Shown: in pieces, positions 39,681-49,686 of the stretch
Layout: the number at the start of each line of letters is the position of its first letter
Numbering within the stretch: position 1 is the stretch's first letter
Assembly: GCA_044376115.1 (NCBI GenBank)
Contig: JBILLK010000006.1
Location: forward strand, 320,001 to 384,000
DNA: 64,000 nt
Reading direction: 5' to 3'
Source: Polyangiaceae bacterium
GTDB lineage: Bacteria; Myxococcota_A; Polyangia; Polyangiales; Polyangiaceae
The notes under the pieces: generated by a model
The model's database searches: none
What the model was told of the DNA's origin: nothing
The model's input: only the letters and a program-made list of their open reading frames with translations
Program-made: the position numbers and the translations under genes

Positions 39681-40699
39681 ATGGCCGACGGCGGTGCGCG
39701 CCTCGCGGTCTTGCAGCAGGAAGGCGTCACGGTCGCGCGGCTCGACGCGCAAGAAAAGCTCGTCGGCCTGCGAACGACGATCCCCGGCAAATCCGTCCAC
39801 GGGTTGGTTGCTCACGAGGATGGCGCTGCGCTGCTGATTCACCGTTTGCCCGATCAGATGGACCTCGTGCGCCTAGCCGAGGATGGCTCGACGCAGTTTG
39901 AAATACCTATCGTTGGCGCCAACGATCACGGGACTGAGGGGGACAAATATGTGGTTACAAACCACCCGCACTTTGGCCAGCTACGTTGGGATGGCAGCCA
40001 ATATGCGGCCTACTTTGGTCACTCCCAGAACTGGGGCGGGCAAGGAGAACATCAGGGGACCTGCTCTGGCTCTTCAACGCCGCAGGGGAGCGTCAGCCCG
40101 GGGGATGGGACTGGGGCTGCAGTCATTCGTGGAGCACTCGGCTAATGTTGCATCCCACGTCCAAACAGCTATTCGCCGTGTGTCACTCGGATGCCTATCC
40201 GTCGCCTGGCGTTGCCCTTGACGGTACCATCCCGTTGGTGTCCGGCGTCGCAATCCCGGGCGACATGGCCGAGACGCCCGACGGAGCGTTGATCGCGTTG
40301 ACGCTCTCGGACGCGGGCGGTTATCAGCTCGCGCTCCTGCACGTCCATGCCGACAAAAGCTTCGACCCACCGGTCGTCGTGGTGTCTTCAAGCGATACGG
40401 CCGAGATGACTCCGCATCTCGCACGCTATGGCGATAACTATCTGCTCTCCTGGGTGGCCGTTGCAGGCGCGACCACCTTCAGCCCCTACAATCAATACGG
40501 GCCGACGAAAATGGCGCTGGTGGACGTCAATGGCAATATCTTATTAGGGCCGGAGACTGTCGATTTCGCGACGAGCTTCTATGATGACTTCATCACCCAC
40601 GCGAACGGCGACCTCGGCTGGCCAGTGCTCCCGGCTATGCCGGTAGGTCCGCCCGAGTCCGACGGCCTCGAGATCGCTCGCATGCGCTATTGCCAGTAG
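39681..40699 (+). pseudogene. Hypothetical protein split by an apparent 1-nt deletion (pseudogene or sequencing error)
   Basis: ORFs 39681-40145 and 39986-40699 join as ...GQGEHQG-DLLWLFN... if one G is added to the G4 run at 40055-40058. Confidence 0.65.
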
Positions 40700-40723
40700 C
40701 GGCTCGCGCCGGCCGAGCGCGCT

Positions 40724-41641
40724 TCACTCGCAGCCAATGCGCTCTGCATCATAGGCGAGCTCGTCGAACCAGACGGTGAAGCCATCTTCGGCGTCCTGGT
40801 AGTTGGCTAAGCCGACGCCCAAGCTAGTAAAAACCGGCAGCTCGGCTGGGTGATTCGCGCCCGGCTGAATCGGCAACTCCACGCCGTCGATCCAAAGCGT
40901 ACCGTCTTGCGTCGGCTCATCGTAATACCACTCGATGCACTGCCATTCGCCGGGCCAGTCGTAGTCGTAATTGGTCCCTTCAGCGAACTCGGGCGCGCCG
41001 TTCGACGGCTGCACGTTGTAGATCCATTGGTACTTCTGCTCGGTGTTCTCGACCACGCCCCAACGCACGTTATGGGTGCTACCGCCCGGCCCGGGGCCGA
41101 GCCCTTCAATGAAGTCGGCGTGCAATACGCCATTGGCCGGCCACGGAGCTGGTACCGCTACCTTCATATAGACCCGGCCGTAATGGTGAGAGGCCAGCGC
41201 GCCTAGGTCCGACTTCCAGTCCATGAAGTGTTGACCGTTGTTGGCGCCATCGGCCTTCAGGCTCTTGTTGCCAAAGCGCGCATCATCGCTGGCGACGCCC
41301 AACACGCCCTCGCCCCACTCGTCGCCGCGTGGACCCCAGCCGTCGGGAAAGGCGCCATCGTTCGCCTGCTCGAAGTCCTCACAAATGGCGAAGCGGTTGG
41401 CCGCGCAGGTCGGGCCGGCCGGCGGGCTACCACCGCTCGCCGAAGCTCCGCCGCCGCCACTTGCGCCTTGGCCCATACCGCCCGGCGCGTTGGAGCTCGA
41501 GCCGCCGCTGCCTCCTCCTCCTGGTTCGGCGGCACCTGCAGCGCTGCCGCCGCTTGCATCGCCGCCGCCCGAGCTGCTGTCGCCGCAAGCAATGAGCAAG
41601 GAGAAAGCACCGAGTTGCACGAGGCTACGCAAGCTGAGCAT
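40724..41641 (-). CDS. Lipoprotein with Gly-rich linker and beta-sandwich (Cip1 / polysaccharide lyase-like) domain
   Basis: Lipobox LLIAC; CEDFE, HYGRVYM, WQCIEW, LWIDG, VWFDELAYDAERIGC pattern typical of myxobacterial lectin-like lipoproteins. Confidence 0.72.
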   Translation of the reverse strand: MLSLRSLVQLGAFSLLIACGDSSSGGGDASGGSAAGAAEPGGGGSGGSSSNAPGGMGQGASGGGGASASGGSPPAGPTCAANRFAICEDFEQANDGAFPDGWGPRGDEWGEGVLGVASDDARFGNKSLKADGANNGQHFMDWKSDLGALASHHYGRVYMKVAVPAPWPANGVLHADFIEGLGPGPGGSTHNVRWGVVENTEQKYQWIYNVQPSNGAPEFAEGTNYDYDWPGEWQCIEWYYDEPTQDGTLWIDGVELPIQPGANHPAELPVFTSLGVGLANYQDAEDGFTVWFDELAYDAERIGCE

Positions 41642-41687
41642 CGCGCAAGGCTAGCTCGATCGTGTGGCCGGCGTCCCGCTCGTTGCT

Positions 41688-42062
41688 TTAAGGGAGCTCT
41701 AGCGTCAGCGTTGCCCGCGCGGCGTCTTCTGCGCCTCCCGTTAGGACGAGCACAAACTCTCCTGCACCAGGGAAGAGGTGCAACTCGGCGGAGAAGCTCC
41801 CAAGCTGCGGTAGGGCTTGTTGCCGGAGCGCCAAGGCCGCGACTTCGGGCAGCAGCTCGAGCTCGAGCGAAGCTGCGAGCGAACCGTCGGGCAGCAGGGC
41901 CAAGCTCAGCTCCGTTTGTGTCGCAGCCGCCGCGCTCGAGCCGCCGCCACTCTGAGGAAAGGCCAGCAAGGTTGCAGCCTCAGGCGAGCTTTGTTGCGCT
42001 TGTGCTGGTCTGCTAAATAATAATGCAGCCAGCGCCGTGGCCACGGATAGTTGGTTATTCAT
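41688..42062 (-). CDS. Hypothetical secreted protein
   Basis: Signal peptide MNNQLSVATALAALLFSRPAQA; 124 aa; fills the gap between neighbouring genes. Confidence 0.5.
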   Translation of the reverse strand: MNNQLSVATALAALLFSRPAQAQQSSPEAATLLAFPQSGGGSSAAAATQTELSLALLPDGSLAASLELELLPEVAALALRQQALPQLGSFSAELHLFPGAGEFVLVLTGGAEDAARATLTLELP

Positions 42063-42188
42063 GGTGGCCCGAGCCTCTTTCTCGCGGTGAGTAGAGACCT
42101 GACGCCGGCGAGCGCCGAACCTGACTCGGTCCAGCGAAGCTGGGCGATTCGGGCCGACTCGCGGCCTCGTCTGCGATAGTGGTCAGCC

Positions 42189-43418
42189 ATGAAGCCCGCT
42201 CCCGAACCTGCTCTGGCTGCGCGTTGGGACGCGCTGGCAGCGGTGCTCGTGGAGTACCGCGACGTGCTGGAGCAGCGCATGGTGGATGAAGCGGTGCCTC
42301 CGGCGTTGGTCGCTCGCGGCTTTGCCGAGCCGCTGCTCGCCCTTTCGGAAGAGGCCGTGATCGAGCTCGAATTGGGCGGAGCGCAGGCGAATCCGCCAGC
42401 GCATTTGCCCGCCGGGTTGCACCAGCTCTACGCGGCAGTCGGCGAGGCGTGCGCGCTGCCAGCGTTGTCAGCGGCTAGCGAGCCAACTCGAGCGCTGCGT
42501 CGGCTGGAGACGCCGCGCAAGCGCGCGCAAGTGGAGGCCCTGGCGAAGCTTACTCCGCCGCTCTTGCAAGGCGCGTCGCGGGTGGTGGAGGTCGGTTCGG
42601 GGCACGGGCACTTGGCGCGTGAGGTCGCCGAGCAGATCGAAGGGCCAGTGCTCGGACTCGAGCTGGACCGGGCGATCTCGGCCCGCGCCAACGATCTCGA
42701 GAACCGCGGCAGGCTCTCCTTTCAGGCGGTGGACGTACTTCGAGAGGGCCTAACGCTCAATGAAGGGGATTGTGCATTAGGGTTGCATGCCTGCGGGGAG
42801 CTCGGAGATACAGTGGTAACGGCGGTGGCTGAGCGAGCCAAGAGCCTGCTTTTGGTCGGCTGCTGTTTACAGAAGCAGCGAGCCGAACGGAGGTTATCGC
42901 TCAATCAAGAGCGCCCGCGCGCGAGCGAATTGTCCTTCTCGAGCTCGCTCTTGGCGCTCAGCAACCTCAGCCCGCGCGAGCAGGGTAATGAGGCTTCTCG
43001 CGCCGAGAACGTGCGGGCGCGCGAGCACCGGCTGGCGCTGCACGCGCTCTTGGTCCAGGAACTCGGCGCTTTGCGCTTCGGCGCCGAATTAGACGGTATT
43101 CCAAGGCGTGCGCCGCTCGGCGACTTTCAGCGCATGGTCGAGGCCGCCTTCCGCGCGCGCTCGCTGCCGCAGCCCTCGGCGAAGCGCGAGGAGCAGGCGC
43201 TGACGGCTGCGACGGCGCTGCACAGTCGGATGCGGCGCTGCGCGCTGCCGCGACTGGCGCTCGGACGTGCGCTCGAGACGTTTGTGCTGGTAGACCGGGC
43301 GCTTTGTCTCGAGACGGCCGGTTTCGCCGTCCAGATTGGTACGGCCTTCCCGAAGGAGCTCAGCGCGCGCAACCTGACGCTGGTCGCGCGCAGGCTCGGT
43401 TCTTCGCTGTCTCAGTGA
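42189..43418 (+). CDS. SAM-dependent methyltransferase domain protein
   Basis: RKRAQV, VVEVGSGHGHL, GLHACGEL, VGCC, SARN motifs (Methyltransf_32-like). Confidence 0.82.
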   Translation: MKPAPEPALAARWDALAAVLVEYRDVLEQRMVDEAVPPALVARGFAEPLLALSEEAVIELELGGAQANPPAHLPAGLHQLYAAVGEACALPALSAASEPTRALRRLETPRKRAQVEALAKLTPPLLQGASRVVEVGSGHGHLAREVAEQIEGPVLGLELDRAISARANDLENRGRLSFQAVDVLREGLTLNEGDCALGLHACGELGDTVVTAVAERAKSLLLVGCCLQKQRAERRLSLNQERPRASELSFSSSLLALSNLSPREQGNEASRAENVRAREHRLALHALLVQELGALRFGAELDGIPRRAPLGDFQRMVEAAFRARSLPQPSAKREEQALTAATALHSRMRRCALPRLALGRALETFVLVDRALCLETAGFAVQIGTAFPKELSARNLTLVARRLGSSLSQ

Positions 43419-43476
43419 ATCAATTCGCGCCGGTCAGGTTTTTGCGCCCGCCCGCGTCGCTGGCCCTCAGGTCATT

Positions 43477-43584
43477 ATGAAACCTCCCTCGCATAGCTCA
43501 CCTCGGCGCTCGCTGCGCGCCGTGCCGTGCGTGCGGAGCCGTCTCGATCATTCGGAGTTCGGGCGCGTCGCCGCATCGCTGTAA
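43477..43584 (+). other. Candidate 35-aa leader peptide (uORF) upstream of the EF-G paralog
   Basis: ATG 43477 to TAA 43584 gives MKPPSHSSPRRSLRAVPCVRSRLDHSEFGRVAASL, followed by several hairpins; no clear RBS. Confidence 0.3.
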
Positions 43585-43731
43585 GCCGCTCCGGCCTTGA
43601 AGGGCTAGCAGCGGACTGGATTGGAACGGGTCCCCGTTTTCAGCCCACTGACAGTCGCCGGCGCGGATCTCAGCCTTGTGCGATCCAACTACCCGAAGGC
43701 TGCAACAAGCAGCGAATGAAATGAGACGGTC

Positions 43732-45753
43732 ATGGTCCCACGTGAACGTATACGACGTATCCGAAACTTCGGCGTCATCGCCCATGTCGACGCCGGCAAA
43801 ACCACCTTAACCGAACGCATTCTCCACGCGACCGGCCGCATCCATACGCTCGGCTCGGTGGACGGCGGAACCACCGTAACCGACTATGATCCTCGCGAGC
43901 GTGATCGCGGAATCACCATCGGGGCGGCGGCCGTCAATGCCGTTCACCGTAACCACCTATTGACGCTGGTGGATACGCCTGGGCACGTCGACTTCCAGAT
44001 CGAGGTCGAACGCAGCCTGCGCGTGCTCGACGGCGCGGTGGTGGTGCTCGACGCGGTGGCTGGCGTCGAGGCGCAGACCGAGTCGGTGTGGGCGCAAGCC
44101 GACCGCTTCGGCGTTCCACGCATCGCCTTCATCAACAAGATCGATCGCGCCGGGGCCGACTTCGAGCAAACGCTCGCGAGCATCGTGCGCGCGTTCGACG
44201 TCGCGGCGGTTCCGCTGGTGATCCCTTCACCAGTTGCAGGGCGATTGCTGGACGTCGTCCACGAACAGGCGATCATTCTCGGTAGTGCTTCCAAGGATAG
44301 CGCCGTCCCGCTCGAGCAGGGGGAAGGCGCGCTCTTAAGGCCCTATCGCGAGCGCCTGCTTGAGCTCGTCTCCGAGGTCGCGCCAGAACTTCTGGAGGCC
44401 TATCTCGCTGATGAGGTCATCGAACCCGCGGCGCTCCTCAGCGCTTTACGCAGCGTAGTCTTGCGCAAGCGCGAGCAGCGAATCGTGCCGGTGCTTTGCG
44501 GTTCGGCCAAGGTGGGCTTGGGCGTAGATACGCTGCTCGACGCCGTGGTTGCGCTGCTACCGTCGCCGCTCGAGGCAACCTCGCCAGAGGGCGTCGACGC
44601 CGAAGCCACGGCTTTGGTCGCTTATGCCTTCAAAGGGCTACACGACGATCACGGGCAACGCGTGTTCGTCCGGGTCTACTCCGGCGTGCTCACCAAAGGC
44701 ATGACGGTACGGCTCGCACGGTCCCAACGCACAGCGCGTGTGGGGCGGCTGGTGCGGCTACTCGGTAATCAAGTGGAAGACGTTGATAGAGCAGTAGCCG
44801 GCGAGATCGTTGCGATCCTCGGCGCGCCGCTGCCTACTGGCGAGACTCTGCTGAGTGAGGCCGGAGGTCCTGCGTTGGAAGGCCTCCTGGTTCCTGAACC
44901 TGTTGTGCGTGTGGCGCTCATGCCCATGGACAACGGCTCGCGCAGTCGCTTGGGCCCGGCGCTCGGGCGGTTGATTGCGGACGACCCATCACTCTCGCTC
45001 TCTGGTGATAGCGAGACAGGCGAGACCGTGTTGGGCGGGCTGGGCGAGCTTCATCTCGAGGTTAGCTTGGCTAAGTTGGCCGACCAAAGTGGCGTCAAGC
45101 TGCGGGTCTCGCCGCCCAAGGTGGCTTATCGCGAAACCATCACGCAAGCTGCACGCGGAGAGTGCAAGTTCGTTCGGCAGAAAGGCGGCCCTGGTCAATA
45201 CGGGCACGTCGAGCTGCTGGTCGAACCGGGCGCGACCGCGTCGGGCTTTACGTTCGTGGATGCCTCGGTGGGCGGCGTCGTTCCGAAGGAGTTTGTGCCT
45301 TCGATCGAAGCTGGCGCCAAAGAGGCTGCTGCTCTCGGCGCACTGGCGGGTTATCCGCTGGTGGACCTGCGGGTCACATTGCTTGGCGGCTCATTTCACG
45401 AACAAGACTCGAATGAACTGGCCTTTGCGACGGCGGCTCGCCTGGCGTTTGCCGAGGCAGTGAAAGCCGCAGGTGCCATCTACCTCGAGCCGATCATGCT
45501 GGTGGAGGTGGTGACGCCGGAGAGCTGTCTGGGCGAGGTGCTTGGCGATCTCGGACGGCGTCGCGGCCGGGTGAGCGCCCTCGGGCGCAGAGCCACCATG
45601 CACACCGTCTCGGCGCGGGTGCCGCTATCGGAGCTGATGGGCTATGCCAACGCGCTGCGTTCGCAAAGCGAAGGGCGAGCGAGCTTTGCTATGAAGCTAG
45701 CGGGCCACGAGCCGGTTCCAGCGGTTGTGGCGCATAAGGTGCCGCAGCCATGA
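43732..45753 (+). CDS. fusA: Elongation factor G, divergent stand-alone paralog (EF-G2-like)
   Basis: AHVDAGKTT, RGITI, DTPGHVDF, NKID, GLGELHLE, GGPGQYGHV, LEPIM, LRSQSEGRA; not in an rpsL-rpsG-fusA-tuf context. Confidence 0.9.
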   Translation: MVPRERIRRIRNFGVIAHVDAGKTTLTERILHATGRIHTLGSVDGGTTVTDYDPRERDRGITIGAAAVNAVHRNHLLTLVDTPGHVDFQIEVERSLRVLDGAVVVLDAVAGVEAQTESVWAQADRFGVPRIAFINKIDRAGADFEQTLASIVRAFDVAAVPLVIPSPVAGRLLDVVHEQAIILGSASKDSAVPLEQGEGALLRPYRERLLELVSEVAPELLEAYLADEVIEPAALLSALRSVVLRKREQRIVPVLCGSAKVGLGVDTLLDAVVALLPSPLEATSPEGVDAEATALVAYAFKGLHDDHGQRVFVRVYSGVLTKGMTVRLARSQRTARVGRLVRLLGNQVEDVDRAVAGEIVAILGAPLPTGETLLSEAGGPALEGLLVPEPVVRVALMPMDNGSRSRLGPALGRLIADDPSLSLSGDSETGETVLGGLGELHLEVSLAKLADQSGVKLRVSPPKVAYRETITQAARGECKFVRQKGGPGQYGHVELLVEPGATASGFTFVDASVGGVVPKEFVPSIEAGAKEAAALGALAGYPLVDLRVTLLGGSFHEQDSNELAFATAARLAFAEAVKAAGAIYLEPIMLVEVVTPESCLGEVLGDLGRRRGRVSALGRRATMHTVSARVPLSELMGYANALRSQSEGRASFAMKLAGHEPVPAVVAHKVPQP

Positions 45754-45832
45754 ACGAGGTCGGCGGGGTTGCGTTGTGCAGCCCCGCCGTTCTTATGGTT
45801 AGCGAGGCGGGCGAGCGAGCTACGCTTGGCCG

Positions 45833-46648
45833 ATGAAGCTTTGGTGCGCTTGGGCGGGAATGGCGCTGCTGCTGACCGCCTGTGACTCGTCGGGCAGGGC
45901 CGAGGGCGCGGGGCAAGCGCCACAGCCTACTGTTCTATCTGCGCCCATACCGACCGCCTCGGATAAGGCCGCTTTCGATAGCCCTACACCCATTGCCACG
46001 ACCTCGGCTTCATTCAGCGCTCCGGCCGCGTCGGCGTCGGGGGCTCCACCGCCAGTCAAGCGCCGCTACAGCGTGGCCGCGATGGGGGATTCACTCAGTG
46101 ACCCCAAGGCGCACGGCGGTAAGTATCTAACCTATCTAGCGGAGCAATGCCCGCTCAGTCGCTTCGAGAGCTGGGGTAAGGGCGGTAACATGGTGAGCCA
46201 GATGCGCAAGCGCTTTGCGCGGGATGTACTCGGAGAGGGCCAGAGCGAGCCGCGGAGTTACACGCACGTGATCGTGCTTGGCGGTATTGCCGATATTGGC
46301 TCCAATGAAACCGCCAATCGCACCCTGCCGAAGATTCAAGCCGACCTCTCGGAGATGTACCGGCTTGCCCAGGAGGCTGGGCTCGAGGTGGTTGCGCTGA
46401 CCATCCCGCCGTGGGGCAGCTATCACACCTACAACGATGAGCGACACAGCATGATGCTCGCGATGAACGCCTGGTTATTGGCGAAGCCCAAGAACGTAGA
46501 GCAGGTGGTGGACGTGTATCCGTTGCTCGTATGCGGTCAGCGTGAGTTGTGCGAGAAGTACGCCGCAGATACCATTCACTGGAACGCCAAGGCGCATAAC
46601 CTCGTGGGCGAAGTGCTTCACAAGCAGGTGTTTAGCGACTGTGAGTGA
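45833..46648 (+). CDS. SGNH/GDSL hydrolase lipoprotein
   Basis: Lipobox LLTAC; MGDSLS block I; DTIHWN block V. Confidence 0.85.
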   Translation: MKLWCAWAGMALLLTACDSSGRAEGAGQAPQPTVLSAPIPTASDKAAFDSPTPIATTSASFSAPAASASGAPPPVKRRYSVAAMGDSLSDPKAHGGKYLTYLAEQCPLSRFESWGKGGNMVSQMRKRFARDVLGEGQSEPRSYTHVIVLGGIADIGSNETANRTLPKIQADLSEMYRLAQEAGLEVVALTIPPWGSYHTYNDERHSMMLAMNAWLLAKPKNVEQVVDVYPLLVCGQRELCEKYAADTIHWNAKAHNLVGEVLHKQVFSDCE

Positions 46649-46665
46649 GGCAGGGGAGCAAGGGC

Positions 46666-47868
46666 TCAATCCCAAGCGAACACCACGCCCTCCGGCGTCG
46701 GCAGGCCGAGGCCACGCACGGGATCATGGGTGAGGTCCGGGACCGCGTGCTTGAGAAGTAGCTCGCGAATGGTGCTCAGCGGGACCTCGGCCCAGGCGTA
46801 TTGCTCAATGTAGGAGAAGGATTCGCGGTAGTCGCGCCGCTTTGCGCGAGCGGCGACGAGGGCCGGGTCGGCCAAGGCCGCTTCGTACTCGCGTTGGCCC
46901 AAGCCGATGATGTGATGAAGTAGATCGTTGAGGCTGTCGTCCCCGGCTGGAATCTGCTCCCCGGAGCGCTCCTCGTAGGTCTCCACCTGCTGCTTGAGTT
47001 GCCTTTTCAACTCGTATCTACGGGCCGCGAAGGCAAGCTGTTCTTCGGCGTTCAACAGTCTAGCGAGGGTAGGTCCGAGCTCGGACGCTGACGCTCCGGC
47101 TTGCCAGTCAAGGGCGTCAACGATCGGCCAGAAGCGCGCTTCCGATAACGGTGTCGGACTAGGCAGTGCAAGGCTCGCCGCCGTTCGAAAGGCGTCGCTC
47201 GGATCGCTCCAGGTCGCCTCGTGCGAGGCCAAGGTGCGCTCGCCGTCGGCAAACAGGATTCGCATCGGATCGTCGGGTTGGGATCGCACGACGCCGTAGC
47301 CAAAGCTTGGATGGCAAACGATGGTGAGGGACTCGGGCGCGCTTTCGACTTTGCGCAGGGCCACAGCGACGACTAACGCTTCGAGGTCCGCGTCCGTAGC
47401 GGCTCGAATCAGCACCTCCACCAGATTGAAGGCAAAGCCGGTCTCGACGTGCGGCTGGAAGCCAGGCGTCGATAGAAGCTCGAGGGCGAGCGTGGGATTG
47501 GCCAGCGCTGCGCGATAGTAGGCTTCACCCTGCAATGGGAGGTAACTCGCAAGGTGGTAGGGGTTGAGCGTGCTCGGCATGGCGTCTCGGTGAGGATAAA
47601 GGGCGAGGCTAAAGGCTTGCGACAGGGAAGCGTAGGTGCCCATGATGGCGAAGCAGTCAACGAAGCCAAAGCGCTCGCGAACACGCTCGACGGCCACTTC
47701 CGCGTGTTCGTAGAGCTCGAGCTCGTCCCACTCGGGCAACGGATTGGGCCAGTCTACGAGCTCGAGGAACTCCCAGAACTCTGGTTCCTTGTCCTCGAGG
47801 AGTTGCCGATGGTTGAGGTGCAGGCTGGTGGCCAAGGCCTCTCGCAAGGGGGCTGTCATGAAGCGCAT
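46666..47868 (-). CDS. Hypothetical protein with two DUF4240-like helical units flanking a small beta domain
   Basis: EPEFWEFLELVDW and EARFWPIVDALDW, each followed by YxAALAxP; central HPSFGYGVV...ILFADGERTL. Start reset to 47868 (or 47859) to avoid overlap with the divergent gene. Confidence 0.6.
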   Translation of the reverse strand: MRFMTAPLREALATSLHLNHRQLLEDKEPEFWEFLELVDWPNPLPEWDELELYEHAEVAVERVRERFGFVDCFAIMGTYASLSQAFSLALYPHRDAMPSTLNPYHLASYLPLQGEAYYRAALANPTLALELLSTPGFQPHVETGFAFNLVEVLIRAATDADLEALVVAVALRKVESAPESLTIVCHPSFGYGVVRSQPDDPMRILFADGERTLASHEATWSDPSDAFRTAASLALPSPTPLSEARFWPIVDALDWQAGASASELGPTLARLLNAEEQLAFAARRYELKRQLKQQVETYEERSGEQIPAGDDSLNDLLHHIIGLGQREYEAALADPALVAARAKRRDYRESFSYIEQYAWAEVPLSTIRELLLKHAVPDLTHDPVRGLGLPTPEGVVFAWD

Positions 47869-47938
47869 TGGCGGCAGGGTCGCATTGGTAGCGCACCGTG
47901 AGCGACCATCTTCGCCCTTTGAGTGGTAAGGATCAGCT

Positions 47939-49675
47939 ATGCCTCTACCGCGTAGTTTGGTCTGGCTGCTCGCTGCCCAAGGTGTCGTATTGGGCTGCGC
48001 GGATGACGGCGCTGGTGGCAGCGGAGCGGTAGTCGGTGCAGGGGGCTCGGGTGCGGGCGCTGCCAGCGGCGGATCGAGCAATACGGGGCCTGTGCTGAGC
48101 TGCGACCTGGGCTGCGGCCAGGAGCTGGTATGCGATCTGGAGTCGGGCCAGTGCAAGAAGGAGGGGCTAACGGTCGTGGTCGCCGCCGACGGTACCAAGC
48201 TCTCGACCTGGGTGGCGTTGCCGCAGGACGTACCGGCGGAGGGCGTGCCGGCGCTCCTGAGTCGCACGCCGTACGGTTCGCCCTACAGCGAGGTGAACGA
48301 GGAGTTTTATCGGGATATGGGGCGCGTGCATACGGCGCGCGGTTACGCCTATGTGCTGCAAGACGTCCGTGGGCGCGGTAAGTCGGAGGGCGAGTTCATC
48401 CCGGAGACGTACGAGATCGTCGACGGCCGAACCACCAGCGAGTGGATGGCCGCCCAGCCCTGGTCGAACGGGCGGCTCGGCACGATCGGAGGTTCGTATC
48501 TTGGCTATACGGCGTTGGCCGCGGCGGTTGATAACCCGCTGGTGCAGGTGGTGATCGCCGATGACCCTTCCAACGACGAGCGCACCACGCGCCCAGGCGG
48601 AACGGTGTGGACGTACACCTTGGGCTGGGTGCACTACCTGGAGAACGCTAGCCTTCCACCGCAACAGGCCTATCTGGAGCTACCGGACGAGCAGGATCTG
48701 ATGTCGGCCGACAGCTTCTTGCTCGGCCATGACCTGCCCTATTGGAACGAGATCCTGCTGCACGAAGACATCGGCCCTTGGCCGGCGGGTTCCCTGGACC
48801 TGGTGGCCGAGGACGTGTGCGTGCCGACGCTTTTCGTCTATTCGTCGACGACGCTTTGGCGCGACCCGTTGACCGCCTATCGCGCGTTCCGCGATCTCGG
48901 CTGCCCGGAGCGTGCAGCCGAGCAGCGTCTGGTGATGACGCACGATCCGCACGTCTACCATCTCTCGTCGCTTGGCTATGAGGAGACGCCGGTGACCGAG
49001 CTGATGTTTGCGACGTTGGATAATTATTTAAAGGCCGACGGGGCTCCGCTGCCGAACGCCCCGGTGATTCTCAATGCTCCGGGGGAGTCGGAGTACCTCG
49101 ATGCCGCGGTGTACCCCGCGGCTGGCGAACGCGTGCTCTTTCTTGGAAGTGGCACGCTGGCGGACACTGCATCCGCTCCGAGCTCCGTGTCGCTCGAGTC
49201 GGATCCGGAGACGATGAGCCCATGCGGAGGGACGTACCCATACCTCGAGTTCGCTAGCGAACCGCTCAGCGATTCGATGTTGGTGTTGGGCGAACCGACG
49301 CTCACGCTAACCGTCAATACCGCCCTGGCCGACTTCGACCTGTTTGCCTCGCTTTACGAGTTCAATCCGGCGATCGAGGGAGGCGGGCGATTCGTCCAGA
49401 TCGGTTCGCAGCGAGCCACCTACCGCGAAGGCACCTCCCCCTCGGCGTTGCCTGGCGAAGGGGTGGACGTCCCGATCACGATCGAGCTTCTGCCCGTAGC
49501 CCATCGGGTTCTAGTCGGCTCGCAGTTGGTGCTTTATCTGAGTACGGCGGATTGTGTCGCCTTCGAGAACCCGCAGAGCGGTGAGCCTGCCTGGGCGCAG
49601 ACCGAGCAGGTGGCAGGCGAGCTCGTGCTCCGGCTCGATGCCAATAGCCGTTTGAGCCTGCCCCTGCTCGAGTAG
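47939..49675 (+). CDS. CocE/NonD family hydrolase (peptidase S15) lipoprotein
   Basis: Lipobox VLGC; RTPY, QDVRGRGKSEG, QPWSNGR, GGSYLG nucleophile motif; C-terminal jelly-roll. Confidence 0.9.
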   Translation: MPLPRSLVWLLAAQGVVLGCADDGAGGSGAVVGAGGSGAGAASGGSSNTGPVLSCDLGCGQELVCDLESGQCKKEGLTVVVAADGTKLSTWVALPQDVPAEGVPALLSRTPYGSPYSEVNEEFYRDMGRVHTARGYAYVLQDVRGRGKSEGEFIPETYEIVDGRTTSEWMAAQPWSNGRLGTIGGSYLGYTALAAAVDNPLVQVVIADDPSNDERTTRPGGTVWTYTLGWVHYLENASLPPQQAYLELPDEQDLMSADSFLLGHDLPYWNEILLHEDIGPWPAGSLDLVAEDVCVPTLFVYSSTTLWRDPLTAYRAFRDLGCPERAAEQRLVMTHDPHVYHLSSLGYEETPVTELMFATLDNYLKADGAPLPNAPVILNAPGESEYLDAAVYPAAGERVLFLGSGTLADTASAPSSVSLESDPETMSPCGGTYPYLEFASEPLSDSMLVLGEPTLTLTVNTALADFDLFASLYEFNPAIEGGGRFVQIGSQRATYREGTSPSALPGEGVDVPITIELLPVAHRVLVGSQLVLYLSTADCVAFENPQSGEPAWAQTEQVAGELVLRLDANSRLSLPLLE

Positions 49676-49686
49676 TCGTGGCCTGC

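Noticed and set aside
43732..45753. EF-G paralog as the self-resistance gene of the NRPS-PKS cluster
   Set aside because: It lies 21 kb away with many unrelated genes between; extra EF-G copies are common.
47939..49675. CocE/NonD hydrolase as the missing release enzyme
   Set aside because: It is an exported lipoprotein 25 kb from the cluster and could not reach a cytoplasmic carrier domain.
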